This document shows positions 18,687 to 27,993 of a stretch of 64,000 nucleotides of DNA, piece by piece. The stretch lies in the NCBI GenBank assembly GCA_964467325.1, contig CAYXSG010000001.1, forward strand, positions 8,953 through 72,952. The letters run 5' to 3'. This DNA is from an uncultured Candidatus Saccharibacteria bacterium (GTDB lineage: Bacteria > Patescibacteriota > Minisyncoccia > Phycocordibacterales > JAKAEA01). The stretch's first letter is position 1; each line of letters opens with the position of its first letter. The position numbers were made by a program, and so were the translations under genes. The notes under the pieces are model-generated. The model saw nothing but the letters and a program-made list of their open reading frames with translations. It made no database searches and was not told the origin of the DNA.

Positions 18687-19193
18687 TTACTGAGTGATTT
18701 CTGGATGTTCCTGCAAGTATTTGTCTCTTATATACACACCGAGCGTAGGCGCAGTATCTTGCATGCTGCGTTTTGGATTATTGTAGAAAAAAACCTTAAG
18801 AAAGCTCATGTATTCTTTATCGTACAGCACTGAAACGGATTTAATGGCTGCAATTTCGATATCGTATTTCAATTTTGGGTTCTCACTCTCGATGCACTTG
18901 TAAAAATCATCTTTATTTTTTTCAAAGATATTATCAAATCCGATTTTAGTTATGAGATTTTCTCCCTCGGTTGTTAATTTGAGAGGACTGTAAGCCTGCA
19001 ATTCTGAAGGATTGAAGTTCGTATTATTGCGAGTCAAAAAATCACTGACAACCTTCACGTTTGATTTGATTTTATGAGTCGTTATTTTCAAATCATCCAA
19101 AATCTGCAGTTTTCTGCCTATGTAGAGAACTGCACCAAGAATTGTTGCGATGCCTATTGTTGATAAAATATTATAAATCATATTCATAACCAT
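18687..19193 (-). CDS. hypothetical membrane-anchored protein, AT-rich (likely acquired)
   Basis: GC far below flanks; N-terminal TM helix plus soluble domain. Confidence 0.4.
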   Translation of the reverse strand: MVMNMIYNILSTIGIATILGAVLYIGRKLQILDDLKITTHKIKSNVKVVSDFLTRNNTNFNPSELQAYSPLKLTTEGENLITKIGFDNIFEKNKDDFYKCIESENPKLKYDIEIAAIKSVSVLYDKEYMSFLKVFFYNNPKRSMQDTAPTLGVYIRDKYLQEHPEITQ

Positions 19194-19288
19194 TATATAT
19201 TAATCAATAAAAAACACCCGTATTATTGCATAACACAGATAAAATATTTTTAAAGGAAAAATAAAGTATTTCTGAAGATTTTTACTAA

Positions 19289-19318
19289 TAAAAAACCGAA
19301 CGGGGAAATTCCGTTCGG
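19289..19318 (-). terminator. rho-independent terminator
   Basis: CCGAACGG-ggaaatt-CCGTTCGG hairpin with a T-run on the minus strand, downstream of gene 19373..19684. Confidence 0.6.
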
Positions 19319-19372
19319 GGGCAGTGTGAACACTGCATTCACGATAATGCTCTTGGTATTTATGGACAGTAA

Positions 19373-19684
19373 TTAGACTGGGAAGACGGGGAAATCTTCC
19401 GTGATCTGCTCGACTAATGCTTCCAAAAAGGCATTTAGATTTAACCTTGGAACCCCTTGAATTTGCTGGAGTTTTCCCTTCTCGAAGGAAAAAGCCTGGA
19501 GGCACAAAGTACCTTGTGTTCTGCAGGTTTTTGCAAATAACTCCAAGTTGAACTCATGGGCGCGCAAGAATTCCTCGACCTCTTTATCTTGGACCAGCTT
19601 ATATCCACAACCATCACTACCAAAATAAAAGTGCTTTTGAAGTGCGCCTCGAACCGCAAAATAGTTCTTCAAAACTTGATGCAT
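19373..19684 (-). CDS. hypothetical protein
   Basis: 103-aa ORF ending before the terminator hairpin; divergent from dinJ. Confidence 0.4.
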   Translation of the reverse strand: MHQVLKNYFAVRGALQKHFYFGSDGCGYKLVQDKEVEEFLRAHEFNLELFAKTCRTQGTLCLQAFSFEKGKLQQIQGVPRLNLNAFLEALVEQITEDFPVFPV

Positions 19685-19793
19685 AAAAGCTCCTTTCGGT
19701 TGGGGTTTTGTACTGAACTCGGCTTATCCTAGCAGAAGTTTTTTGGAAGACAAGTATGTTGACAATGTCATGACGTTGTAATAGGCTAGGGGC

Positions 19794-20069
19794 ATGAACT
19801 CAACAATCCAAATTCGCATAGACAAAAAAGTGAAAAAAGAAGCCGACAAGACTTTCAAGGACATGGGTCTTGATCTCTCTTCCGGCATCAAGCTCTATTT
19901 ACACCAAGTCATCAAGTCGCGCTCGGTGCCTTTTACCATCCGCACGGCGAACGGTTTTACTCCGGCGCAAGAGGAAAAAATGCTTAAGGAAATAGAACAT
20001 ACCATAAAATATGGCAAAAGTTATAAAACCGTACAAGAAATGCATGACGATATTATAAATTCCAAGTAA
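19794..20069 (+). CDS. dinJ: RelB/DinJ family antitoxin
   Basis: IQIRIDKKVKKEADKTFKDMGLDLSSGIKLYLHQV resembles the DinJ RHH antitoxin. Confidence 0.7.
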   Translation: MNSTIQIRIDKKVKKEADKTFKDMGLDLSSGIKLYLHQVIKSRSVPFTIRTANGFTPAQEEKMLKEIEHTIKYGKSYKTVQEMHDDIINSK

Positions 20070-20072
20070 CAT

Positions 20073-20351
20073 ATGCTGTTAGTCAGACATTCGTCAGCCT
20101 ACAAAAAATCATTTAAAAAACTGTCAAAATCAGGAAAATTTCCCAGAGAAGAACTTGAATCTATTATCACAAAAATACAAAACAGCGAGGTTCTGGAATT
20201 AAAATACCAAGATCATTATTTGTCAGGCCCGCTTTCAGATTGCCGAGAGTGTCATATCAAGTCTGACTTATTACTAGTCTATAAAATAGAAAACAACAAT
20301 CTGGTTTTGCTGCTAGTAAACCTCGGCAGTCATTCCGACTTGTTTGATTAG
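20073..20351 (+). CDS. yafQ: YafQ/RelE family toxin (type II TA mRNA interferase)
   Basis: KYQDHYLSGPLSDCRECHIKSDLLLVYKIENNNLVLLLVNLGSHSDLF matches YafQ; 3 nt after dinJ. Confidence 0.7.
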   Translation: MLLVRHSSAYKKSFKKLSKSGKFPREELESIITKIQNSEVLELKYQDHYLSGPLSDCRECHIKSDLLLVYKIENNNLVLLLVNLGSHSDLFD

Positions 20352-20375
20352 CAAAAGGTGCCTGACCCATTATCT

Positions 20376-22241
20376 CTACACTCCCAAGAGCACGGGAATG
20401 ACAATCGGGCGCTTGGCGGTTTGTTGGAAGAGATATTTGGCCACGGCGTCGGTCACCACTTGCTTGGCGTAGTCAAAGTTGATGGGATTTTGGCCGCGCA
20501 CGGTGTCTTCAATGGTTTTCTTGATGATGTAGCGAGTTTGCTGGAGCAAATCTTGTGATTCGCGCAGGTAAACGAAGCCGCGCGAGATGATGTCGGGCGA
20601 TTTTTTCAATTTGCCGGTGGTGACGTTGATGGATGCGATGATGACGAACATGCCGTCTTGTGCGAGCATTTGTCGGTCGCGAATGACCACTTCCTGAATG
20701 TCGCCGATGGAGAAGCCGTCAACCAAAACTAGACCGGACGGCGATTTTTCTTTAAGCTTCACGATTTTTTCGCCTTTGTTTTGGATTTCAATGATGGAGC
20801 CGTTGTCAGGGACAATCACGTTGGCTTGCGGCATGCCTAAAGATTCAACGAGATCGGCGTGCAGCTTCAAGCGGTAATGGTTGCCGTGAATCGGCATGAA
20901 GAATTTTGGATTGATTTTCTTGAACATCCATTCCAATTCGCCTTTGTTGCCGTGGCCGGAGCCGTGAATGTAAACATCCGAAGTGCGGTAGTGAATAATT
21001 TTTGCGCCTTGGCGGGCAATATTATCTTTGAGTTTTTCCACTGAGCGTTCGTTGCCAGGAATGATGGAAGAAGAAAGAAGCACAGTATCGCGATTATTTA
21101 ACTTTAAGGTTTTGTGAGCGCGATTGCTGATGCGCATGAGCGCCGCAAACTCTTCGCCTTGCGCGCCGGTCGCGAGGATGACGATTTTGTCCGGCGGATA
21201 ATTATCAATGTCAGCGGTGTTGATAATCGTATCTTTTTTGACGTGCAGCATGCCGGCAAGCGTGGCAATTTCAATGTTGACCTTCATGGATCGGCCTTCA
21301 ATTGCCACTTTTTTGCCGAGGTGTTCGCAGACATTGATGATTTTAATCATGCGCTCCATTTGCGACGCGAACGTGCCGATGATTAAACGCCCTTTAATAT
21401 TCTTGATAATTTCCTCAAGATTTTTGTGAACCAAACTTTCCGGCGTGGAAAAGCCCGGATTTTCAATGTTGGTTGAGTCGTTCATCATGAGCAAGACTTT
21501 CATGTCTTGGAACTTTCCGTACTCGCGCTCTTCGTTTTCCGTGAGCTTCATGTCAATGTGGTCGAGCTTCGGATCGCCCGGATTCACAATGTTGCCGTAC
21601 GGCGTTTCAATGATGATGCCCATGGAGTCGGGAATGGTATGCGTGACGGCGAAAAATCTGACGGTCAAAGCGCCGAGGCGGATGTGATCATCTTTTTCCA
21701 CGATTTTAATATCTAAAGGTTCCAAATTTGGAAATTCTTCTTGGCGCTTGCGAATCATGAGCGCGGTCAGGTTGCGCGTGTAAATCGGCGGATTGCCGAT
21801 GCGCGGCATGATGTAGGGAATACCGCCGGTGTGGTCCAAGTGGCCGTGCGTAATGAGCACGGCGCGGATTTTGGATTTGTGTTCTTCAATGTATTTCGTG
21901 TTTGGCAAAATGTAATCAATGCCGGGCGTCGCTTCGTCTTGAAATTGGAAGCCGAGGTCAATGACGATGATGTCGTTGTTGTATTCAATCATCGTGCAGT
22001 TCTGGCCAATTTGCTCCACGCCACCAAGGGGAATGATGCGAATAGTGTCGGGCGCGAGCGGCGGAATTTTGTCCGCCACCTTTTTTTCGCCGACGTGAGC
22101 GCGCGGCGCGCTTGAAGCTCCGCGCGGCCGATCCATCTTGCGAGTGCTAGTTGCGGTGGCGCGCGCCGGAGAGTGGTGCTTATGGACGGCATTTACTCTC
22201 GGCAGCCGGTCCGAATGAAAAACGTTTTTTTCTGAAGACAT
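20376..22241 (-). CDS. rnj: ribonuclease J (beta-CASP metallo-beta-lactamase) with basic low-complexity N-terminal extension
   Basis: LITHGHLDHTGG motif; beta-CASP; C-terminal IHGSGHG...PIHGNHYRL; the true start may be internal (MDRPRG...). Confidence 0.85.
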   Translation of the reverse strand: MSSEKNVFHSDRLPRVNAVHKHHSPARATATSTRKMDRPRGASSAPRAHVGEKKVADKIPPLAPDTIRIIPLGGVEQIGQNCTMIEYNNDIIVIDLGFQFQDEATPGIDYILPNTKYIEEHKSKIRAVLITHGHLDHTGGIPYIMPRIGNPPIYTRNLTALMIRKRQEEFPNLEPLDIKIVEKDDHIRLGALTVRFFAVTHTIPDSMGIIIETPYGNIVNPGDPKLDHIDMKLTENEEREYGKFQDMKVLLMMNDSTNIENPGFSTPESLVHKNLEEIIKNIKGRLIIGTFASQMERMIKIINVCEHLGKKVAIEGRSMKVNIEIATLAGMLHVKKDTIINTADIDNYPPDKIVILATGAQGEEFAALMRISNRAHKTLKLNNRDTVLLSSSIIPGNERSVEKLKDNIARQGAKIIHYRTSDVYIHGSGHGNKGELEWMFKKINPKFFMPIHGNHYRLKLHADLVESLGMPQANVIVPDNGSIIEIQNKGEKIVKLKEKSPSGLVLVDGFSIGDIQEVVIRDRQMLAQDGMFVIIASINVTTGKLKKSPDIISRGFVYLRESQDLLQQTRYIIKKTIEDTVRGQNPINFDYAKQVVTDAVAKYLFQQTAKRPIVIPVLLGV

Positions 22242-22261
22242 ATTATTTGTTAATTTTTAAT

Positions 22262-24007
22262 TTAATTATGAGCGAAAATTTTCCAAAGATGTTCTTTGTT
22301 TATATACCAATCGTAAACGCTGTTGAATCGGTCGCTCGGCGTGGATAAGTTGTCAACGCTCAAGTTCAAGATGTTCGGCGAAACGATATAGATGAAATCC
22401 GGAGCGTAAAGGAAAACTGCTGGCTTGTCGCTGTCCACTTGCGCTGCAAATTTCAAATACTCGGCTTTTCTCGCTTCTTTGTCGCTCAAAGTTCTGATAT
22501 TCTCAAGGCTTTTGTCGGCTTTCGGATTGCTATAAAGCGCAATGTTGAGGCCGGGATCGGCTCGTTGCGACGAATGCCAGAAAGCGTATAAATCAAAATC
22601 TTTGTTCACAATCTGGCCGAACAGCAATGCGTCATATTTTCTCGGGCGGATGATGCTCTGGTTGAGGTAGCCGCCCTCAAACACTTTCACGCTCACATCT
22701 GCGCCGATTTTTCGCCACTGCGTTTTCAAAATGTCGGCGATTTCTTTAAGCTCGGAAGTGTCGCCGGTGGAAATTGAAAAAGCGAGCGTCGTCGTGCCTT
22801 TGTCGGTTTTTTTCTCGCGAATGCCGTCGGAATTTAGATTCCAGCCGGTTTTATCAAGAATCGCATTGGCCTGATTCAGCAAATCTTCTGTGGAAGATGC
22901 AACAGCCGGTTCTTTTTGGGTTGAACTGCCAACGAAGCTTTCTGGCATGGGGCCGGAAAGCTTTGCGGCGAAACCATGGAGAACAGTGCGGATAATGTAA
23001 TCTTTATCCACACTCATGTCAAGCGCTTGCCGAACGGTTTTGTCCGCGAGCGCTGCATTTTGACTTTGATTGAAAAAGACGCCGAACACGCGCGGCAGCA
23101 GCGCGGTGAGAATTTTCGCGCCGCCGTTTTGGAGACTAAGCGCAGTGTCGGCTGAAACACCACTTAGGTTTAAAATCTCGCCAGCGGCATAAGCGTCAGT
23201 CAGCGCTTTTTCGTTGGAATAAAAAGTGAAGACGATGGCGCTGACATGTGGTGCGCCGAACGCAAAATTTTTATTCGCCTCAAGTGTGTAAGAAAGCGGT
23301 ATGCCGTCGCTATTTTTGGCAATGGATTTCAGTTTGTAAGGGCCAGTGCCCACCGGCGAAGTGTTGAGGACGCTTAAAGAAAAAGTGTCGTCGGAAGTGT
23401 TGGTCCAAGCTTTTTCAGACAAAATGCCGACGGTGGTATTTTCCAAAAACGGCGCGTAAGCTTGATGCAAAATAAATTTTACCGTGCGCTCATCCACTTT
23501 TTCCACCGAAACGCCGTCCCAGTTGGCGCGCTTCGGACTTTTGATGCTAGCGGTTTGAATTTTGCCGATGGTAAAAACCACGTCGTCGGCGGTGACCGGC
23601 GAGCCGTCGTGAAAAGTTAGATATGGCTTCAAAGTGAAAGTGTAAACTTTGCCGTCCGGCGAAAGAGTGTAACTTTCCGCGAGGTCGGGCACGATGTCGC
23701 CTTTGGGTGTTTGGCGCATGAGGCCAGAATAGACCAAAGCGGAAATATCTTTATCAGCTTCAGTGACGGCGAGCACCGGATTGATGTATCTAGGCAAGCC
23801 GATTATGCCTTCGGTAATTTTGCCGCCGTCGGCTGGCACTTCCACCATGAATGAATTGTTGACGTGCCAAGCAAGTGACAGCGCCGACAAGCCGAAAATC
23901 GTTAGGAGCGTGAAGAAAACCAGCTTGCCGGTAAGCGAAAGGGAATGGATGGTGGCATTCGCGCGGGCGCGCCACGACGTCTGATTATTGGAAGAGTTTT
24001 GCGTCAA
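22262..24007 (-). CDS. ABC transporter substrate-binding protein, family 5 (peptide/nickel-like), orphan
   Basis: SBP_bac_5-like N-terminal region (LTFHDGSPVTADDVVFTI); signal anchor; no adjacent permease genes. Confidence 0.7.
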   Translation of the reverse strand: MTQNSSNNQTSWRARANATIHSLSLTGKLVFFTLLTIFGLSALSLAWHVNNSFMVEVPADGGKITEGIIGLPRYINPVLAVTEADKDISALVYSGLMRQTPKGDIVPDLAESYTLSPDGKVYTFTLKPYLTFHDGSPVTADDVVFTIGKIQTASIKSPKRANWDGVSVEKVDERTVKFILHQAYAPFLENTTVGILSEKAWTNTSDDTFSLSVLNTSPVGTGPYKLKSIAKNSDGIPLSYTLEANKNFAFGAPHVSAIVFTFYSNEKALTDAYAAGEILNLSGVSADTALSLQNGGAKILTALLPRVFGVFFNQSQNAALADKTVRQALDMSVDKDYIIRTVLHGFAAKLSGPMPESFVGSSTQKEPAVASSTEDLLNQANAILDKTGWNLNSDGIREKKTDKGTTTLAFSISTGDTSELKEIADILKTQWRKIGADVSVKVFEGGYLNQSIIRPRKYDALLFGQIVNKDFDLYAFWHSSQRADPGLNIALYSNPKADKSLENIRTLSDKEARKAEYLKFAAQVDSDKPAVFLYAPDFIYIVSPNILNLSVDNLSTPSDRFNSVYDWYINKEHLWKIFAHN

Positions 24008-24012
24008 GCGAT

Positions 24013-24255
24013 TTACTTAATGATGAGAGCAACAAAAGCGGATGCGGCAAAAAGAATGCCGACAACTATGGTGGCGACGAAAATGTTCCGTTCGGCGCCG
24101 CGGCGAGTGCGCGATGCGTTCTGGTTATCGCTGCCTCCGAAAGAACTGCCGAGGTCGGCGTCTGATTGCTGAACCAAGACAAGGCCAACGAGGATGACCG
24201 ATAGCAAAATCTGGATGTAAGGCAGGATTTGGACGATATTTCTCATGAAGAACAT
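24013..24255 (-). CDS. secG: preprotein translocase subunit SecG
   Basis: 80 aa, two TM helices, VLVQQSDADLGSSFGG...RG motif typical of SecG. Confidence 0.7.
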   Translation of the reverse strand: MFFMRNIVQILPYIQILLSVILVGLVLVQQSDADLGSSFGGSDNQNASRTRRGAERNIFVATIVVGILFAASAFVALIIK

Positions 24256-24282
24256 GCTAGCACAATTCAGGATTTGCGCAAA

Positions 24283-24310
24283 TTGACATTGAAGCTTTTT
24301 GCCCTATAAT
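24283..24310 (+). promoter_or_regulatory. sigma70-like promoter for groES-groEL
   Basis: TTGACA (24283-24288), 16-nt spacer, TATAAT (24305-24310); ATG at 24320 only about 10 nt downstream. Confidence 0.5.
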
Positions 24311-24319
24311 ATCCACACT

Positions 24320-24676
24320 ATGAAAAACGCAAAAAACCAAAAGAAGACAGAAAATAAAGCAGAAAAAACAGCAGAAAAAATGAAAATTATGCCGCTTGGC
24401 GATCGAGTTTTGGTGAAGCCAAAAGGCGAAGATAATGTTGAGAAAACCAAATCAGGTATTTACATTCCGGAAACCGTGGAGAAAGAAAAACCTGAAGAAG
24501 GCACGGTGGTGGCGGTGGGCGCCGGCCGGTTTGAAGATGGCAAAAGAGTGCCGCTCTCGGTCAAAGTGGGCGATACAGTTATGTTTTCCAAATACGGTTA
24601 CGACGAAGTGAAAATTGACGGCGCAGAATATTTTATTTTGAAAGAAGACAGCATTTTGGCAGTCATTAACAGATAA
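24320..24676 (+). CDS. groES: co-chaperonin GroES (possible N-terminal extension; core starts MKIMPLGDRVLV at 24380)
   Basis: MKIMPLGDRVLVKP...GIYIP...GTVVAVG...VKVGDTVMFSKYG canonical GroES. Confidence 0.85.
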   Translation: MKNAKNQKKTENKAEKTAEKMKIMPLGDRVLVKPKGEDNVEKTKSGIYIPETVEKEKPEEGTVVAVGAGRFEDGKRVPLSVKVGDTVMFSKYGYDEVKIDGAEYFILKEDSILAVINR

Positions 24677-24695
24677 TTTCTCTATATAAAATAAA

Positions 24696-26396
24696 ATGGC
24701 AAAAAATATCATTTGGAGCGATGAAGCGAGAATGAAACTCAAGGCGGGCGTGGACAAAGTGGCGAATGCGGTGAAAATCACCGTGGGTCCGCGCGGCCGG
24801 AACGTGGTTTTGGACAAAGGCTACGGCAGTCCAACCATCACAAACGACGGCGTGTCCATTGCGAAAGAAATTTCTCTCAGCGACAAATTTGAAAACATGG
24901 GCGCGGAAATCGTGAAAGAAGTGGCCAGCAAGACCAATGAAATGGCAGGCGACGGCACTACTACTTCGGTTATCCTCATGCAAGCCATTGTTTCCGAAGG
25001 TATGAAGCACACCGCGATGGGCGTAAATGCGATGGCGCTCCGAAACGGCATTGAAAAAGCGGCGAAGCTCGTGGTGGAAAGTTTGAAATCTATTGCCAAG
25101 ACGATTAAAACGAAAGATGAAATTCGACAGGTCGCGACCATTTCCGCCGAGTCGCAGGAAATCGGCACGATTATCGCTGACACAATTGAGAAAGTCGGCA
25201 AAGATGGCGTGGTGACGGTGGAAGAATCGCAACTTTTGGGCATTCAGAGTGACGTGGTGGAAGGTTTGGAATTTGATAAAGGTTACGTTTCGCCTTACAT
25301 GATTACCAATGCCGAGCGGATGGAAGCCGAGTATCGCGACGCGGCTATTCTCATTACCGACAAGAAAATTTCGGCCGTGAAAGAAATTTTGCCGTTGTTG
25401 GAAAAAATCGTGCAGACTGGCAAGAAAGACATTGTGCTCATCGCCGAAGATATTGAAGGCGAAGCGCTTACCACTTTCATTTTAAATAAATTGCGCGGCG
25501 GCTTGAACGTTTTGGCGATCAAAGCGCCGGGCTACGGCGATCGGAAAAAAGAATTGCTCGCCGACATCGCGCTCACGGTGGGCGCGCAGGTGATTACCGA
25601 CGACGTTGGCCTGACTTTTGAAAAAGCCGGCATGGCAGTTCTGGGTCACGCAGCGAGAGTGCTTTCGAACAAAGACCGAACCATTATCGTGGACGGCAAA
25701 GGCAAAAAAGCCGACATTGAAAAGCGCGTGGCTCAGCTGAAAGTTCAGCGCGACTCGGCTGACAGCAAGTTTGATAAAGAAAAGTTGGACGAGCGTATCG
25801 CCAAACTTTCCGGCGGCGTGGCGGTCATCAGAGTTGGCGCGGCGACTGAAACCGAGATGAAATATTTGAAACTCAAGATTGAAGACGCGGTGAATGCGAC
25901 CAAAGCCGCGATTGAAGAAGGGATTGTGGCCGGCGGTGGCGTGGCGTTCATTCAAGCGGGCAAGAAAATTGAGAGTTCAAAAGAAATTACCGGCATGATT
26001 GACGAAGAAGAAATCGGTTTCGGCATCGTGTTCAAAGCTTTGGAAGCGCCGATTCGCCAGATTGCTTTCAATGCTGGCCGAGATGACGACTCGATTGTGA
26101 AGAAAATTAAAAATCCGTACGAAGCGGCCGACAAGAAAAACGATGTGCCCACGGCTGACGCGAAAAAACGAAAAGAAAATTTTGGCTTCAACGCACTCAA
26201 GAACGATTGGGAAGAAGACATGATTAAAGCAGGCATCATTGATCCGGTAAAAGTGGCGCGCTTGGCGCTCCAAAACGCCGCTTCGGCCGCGTCCATCCTT
26301 TTGACCACCGAAGTCGCCGTTGCCGATGAACCAGAAGAAAAGAAACCAGCCAGCATGGGCGGTATGCCAGGCGGTATGGGCGGCATGGATTACTAA
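24696..26396 (+). CDS. groEL: chaperonin GroEL
   Basis: AKNIIWSDEAR...VTVGPRGRNVVLDK...AGDGTTT...C-terminal GGMGGMDY. Confidence 0.95.
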   Translation: MAKNIIWSDEARMKLKAGVDKVANAVKITVGPRGRNVVLDKGYGSPTITNDGVSIAKEISLSDKFENMGAEIVKEVASKTNEMAGDGTTTSVILMQAIVSEGMKHTAMGVNAMALRNGIEKAAKLVVESLKSIAKTIKTKDEIRQVATISAESQEIGTIIADTIEKVGKDGVVTVEESQLLGIQSDVVEGLEFDKGYVSPYMITNAERMEAEYRDAAILITDKKISAVKEILPLLEKIVQTGKKDIVLIAEDIEGEALTTFILNKLRGGLNVLAIKAPGYGDRKKELLADIALTVGAQVITDDVGLTFEKAGMAVLGHAARVLSNKDRTIIVDGKGKKADIEKRVAQLKVQRDSADSKFDKEKLDERIAKLSGGVAVIRVGAATETEMKYLKLKIEDAVNATKAAIEEGIVAGGGVAFIQAGKKIESSKEITGMIDEEEIGFGIVFKALEAPIRQIAFNAGRDDDSIVKKIKNPYEAADKKNDVPTADAKKRKENFGFNALKNDWEEDMIKAGIIDPVKVARLALQNAASAASILLTTEVAVADEPEEKKPASMGGMPGGMGGMDY

Positions 26397-26457
26397 GTTT
26401 GTGTTTTGATTGCGAGTGTAGTAATTTTGTTCCAGAAAGAAAAAGAAAGGAGATAGT

Positions 26458-26830
26458 CGTGAGGAAAAAATGGCCATTTCTCGATTATTATGGAGTCGAA
26501 ACTCCACGAGACTTTGCGGTGAAGTGTGTGGAAACTCTTATCGGCAAAACGCTTCAGCAGCAGCTCCAAGAAAGAAATGTTATTTTTTTGGAGTTTTTCA
26601 GGACGCTTTATTCCGGCAACTTAGCAGCCTGTTTTGACAAGTCTCGTCATGGGTTTTCCGGTGGTTTTGGCATCGTTCTCAGCGTTTACAGTTCATCGGA
26701 AAGCCAATCAATCGCGTTTGCCCATGAACTGGCCCACACGTTCCAGTACGACGTGCAAACCGGAAAGTTGCTTTGTTGCGACAGCATTCACGGAAAAAAA
26801 GACTGGCGGGGTGAAGATTTTGCCGAGTAG
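26458..26830 (+). CDS. small HExxH-motif protein (ImmA/IrrE-like metallopeptidase fragment?), hypothetical
   Basis: RBS AAAGGAG 7 nt before GTG; IAFAHELAHTF motif. Confidence 0.3.
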
Positions 26831-27025
26831 TTTGCTCACCTATGGCTTTCTTACGGGCGACATCGCCATAATCTGGAAGAGCTTTTTATGGTGTATGAAG
26901 AACTGCACCCAGAAATAAACGAAGAATACGTGGTAGATTTTAAATCCCTCTGGCCCGCCTAGGGGGATTTTAATATGTATTTTTAAAACGTGTTATAATA
27001 GCCGCAATCAGTTAATTTAAAATCT

Positions 27026-27574
27026 ATGATGTTTATTATTTTTGCAATTATTGCGGTGCTGGTGGTGTGGTTTGTTGTTATTTACAACGGTTTTGTGACG
27101 CTCTCGGTGAGAGCGAAGGAAGCTTGGTCCGACATCGACATTCAGCTCAAGCGCCGCTACGATCTCATTCCAAACCTTGTGAACACGGTGAAAGGTTACG
27201 CCGCGCATGAGTCTGGCACTTTGGAAAAGGTGACAGCCGCGCGCAATGCGGCGATGGGCGCGCAAAGCATTGAAGAAAAAGCTAAAGCCGAAAATATGCT
27301 CGCTGGCACTTTGAAAAGTTTGTTCGCGGTTTCTGAAGCATATCCGGATTTGAAAGCCAACCAGAATTTTTTGTCGCTCCAAAGCGAACTTTCCGACACG
27401 GAAGATAAAATTCAGGCGGCGCGTCGCTTTTACAACGGCAATGTCCGAGACTTAAACACGAAAGTGGACGCGTTTCCTTCAAATATTTTGGCCAACATGT
27501 TCCATTTTCAAAAAATGGCGTTCTTCGAGCTCGACGACGCGGCGGCGCGCAATCCGGTGGAAGTGAAGTTTTAA
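27026..27574 (+). CDS. lemA: LemA family protein
   Basis: N-terminal TM; NGFVTL...EAWSDIDIQLKRRYDLIPNLV...FYNG typical of LemA. Confidence 0.8.
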   Translation: MMFIIFAIIAVLVVWFVVIYNGFVTLSVRAKEAWSDIDIQLKRRYDLIPNLVNTVKGYAAHESGTLEKVTAARNAAMGAQSIEEKAKAENMLAGTLKSLFAVSEAYPDLKANQNFLSLQSELSDTEDKIQAARRFYNGNVRDLNTKVDAFPSNILANMFHFQKMAFFELDDAAARNPVEVKF

Positions 27575-27608
27575 CCTTATTTTTTAATCATTAATAAATA
27601 TAAATTTT

Positions 27609-27986
27609 ATGGCCGTACTTGAATTTAATCCGGTGTTAGCGCTTAGAAACCACGATGAGTATCAGTCTGGTCGCCGGAAAGTGGAAGAATGTTTTCCAGA
27701 AAGTCCTGAAACCGGAAAAATTTACCCATTTTTAAAACACGGACAGCGGAGTTTTTGGATGAGCGGCGAAGTGCCGGTGGTGGAAACCAACGGCAAGGAA
27801 ATTTCTCGTCCTTTGGGCAGCGTTCAAATTTTAGAGACGACCCAATTTCTTGATAATGGTCAGATAAATACCAGAGGCTTGTACAAGTTCGTTGAAATCT
27901 TTTCCGACAAAGACGTGCACTTTGATGCGTTGGAAAAAATCAATTCTTCTTCTTGGACTTCCAAACTAAAAAATCTGATTTCATAA
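27609..27986 (+). CDS. hypothetical protein
   Basis: 125-aa ORF between lemA and htpX. Confidence 0.35.
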   Translation: MAVLEFNPVLALRNHDEYQSGRRKVEECFPESPETGKIYPFLKHGQRSFWMSGEVPVVETNGKEISRPLGSVQILETTQFLDNGQINTRGLYKFVEIFSDKDVHFDALEKINSSSWTSKLKNLIS

Positions 27987-27993
27987 TCAGTTC

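Noticed and set aside
21445-22192. ORFs of 60-124 aa in other frames within the RNase J gene (for example 21741-22115 plus strand, 21989-22192 minus strand)
   Set aside because: Other-frame shadows of a conserved gene.
24256-24300. Possible CIRCE heat-shock operator upstream of groES
   Set aside because: The CTAGCAC-containing segment does not form the TTAGCACTC-N9-GAGTGCTAA inverted repeat. Only a sigma70-type promoter is supported.
24452-26507. Multiple long antisense ORFs inside groES-groEL (for example 24666-25232, 25482-25955, 25952-26386, 25977-26507, all minus strand)
   Set aside because: Shadow ORFs opposite a highly conserved gene, with no independent support.
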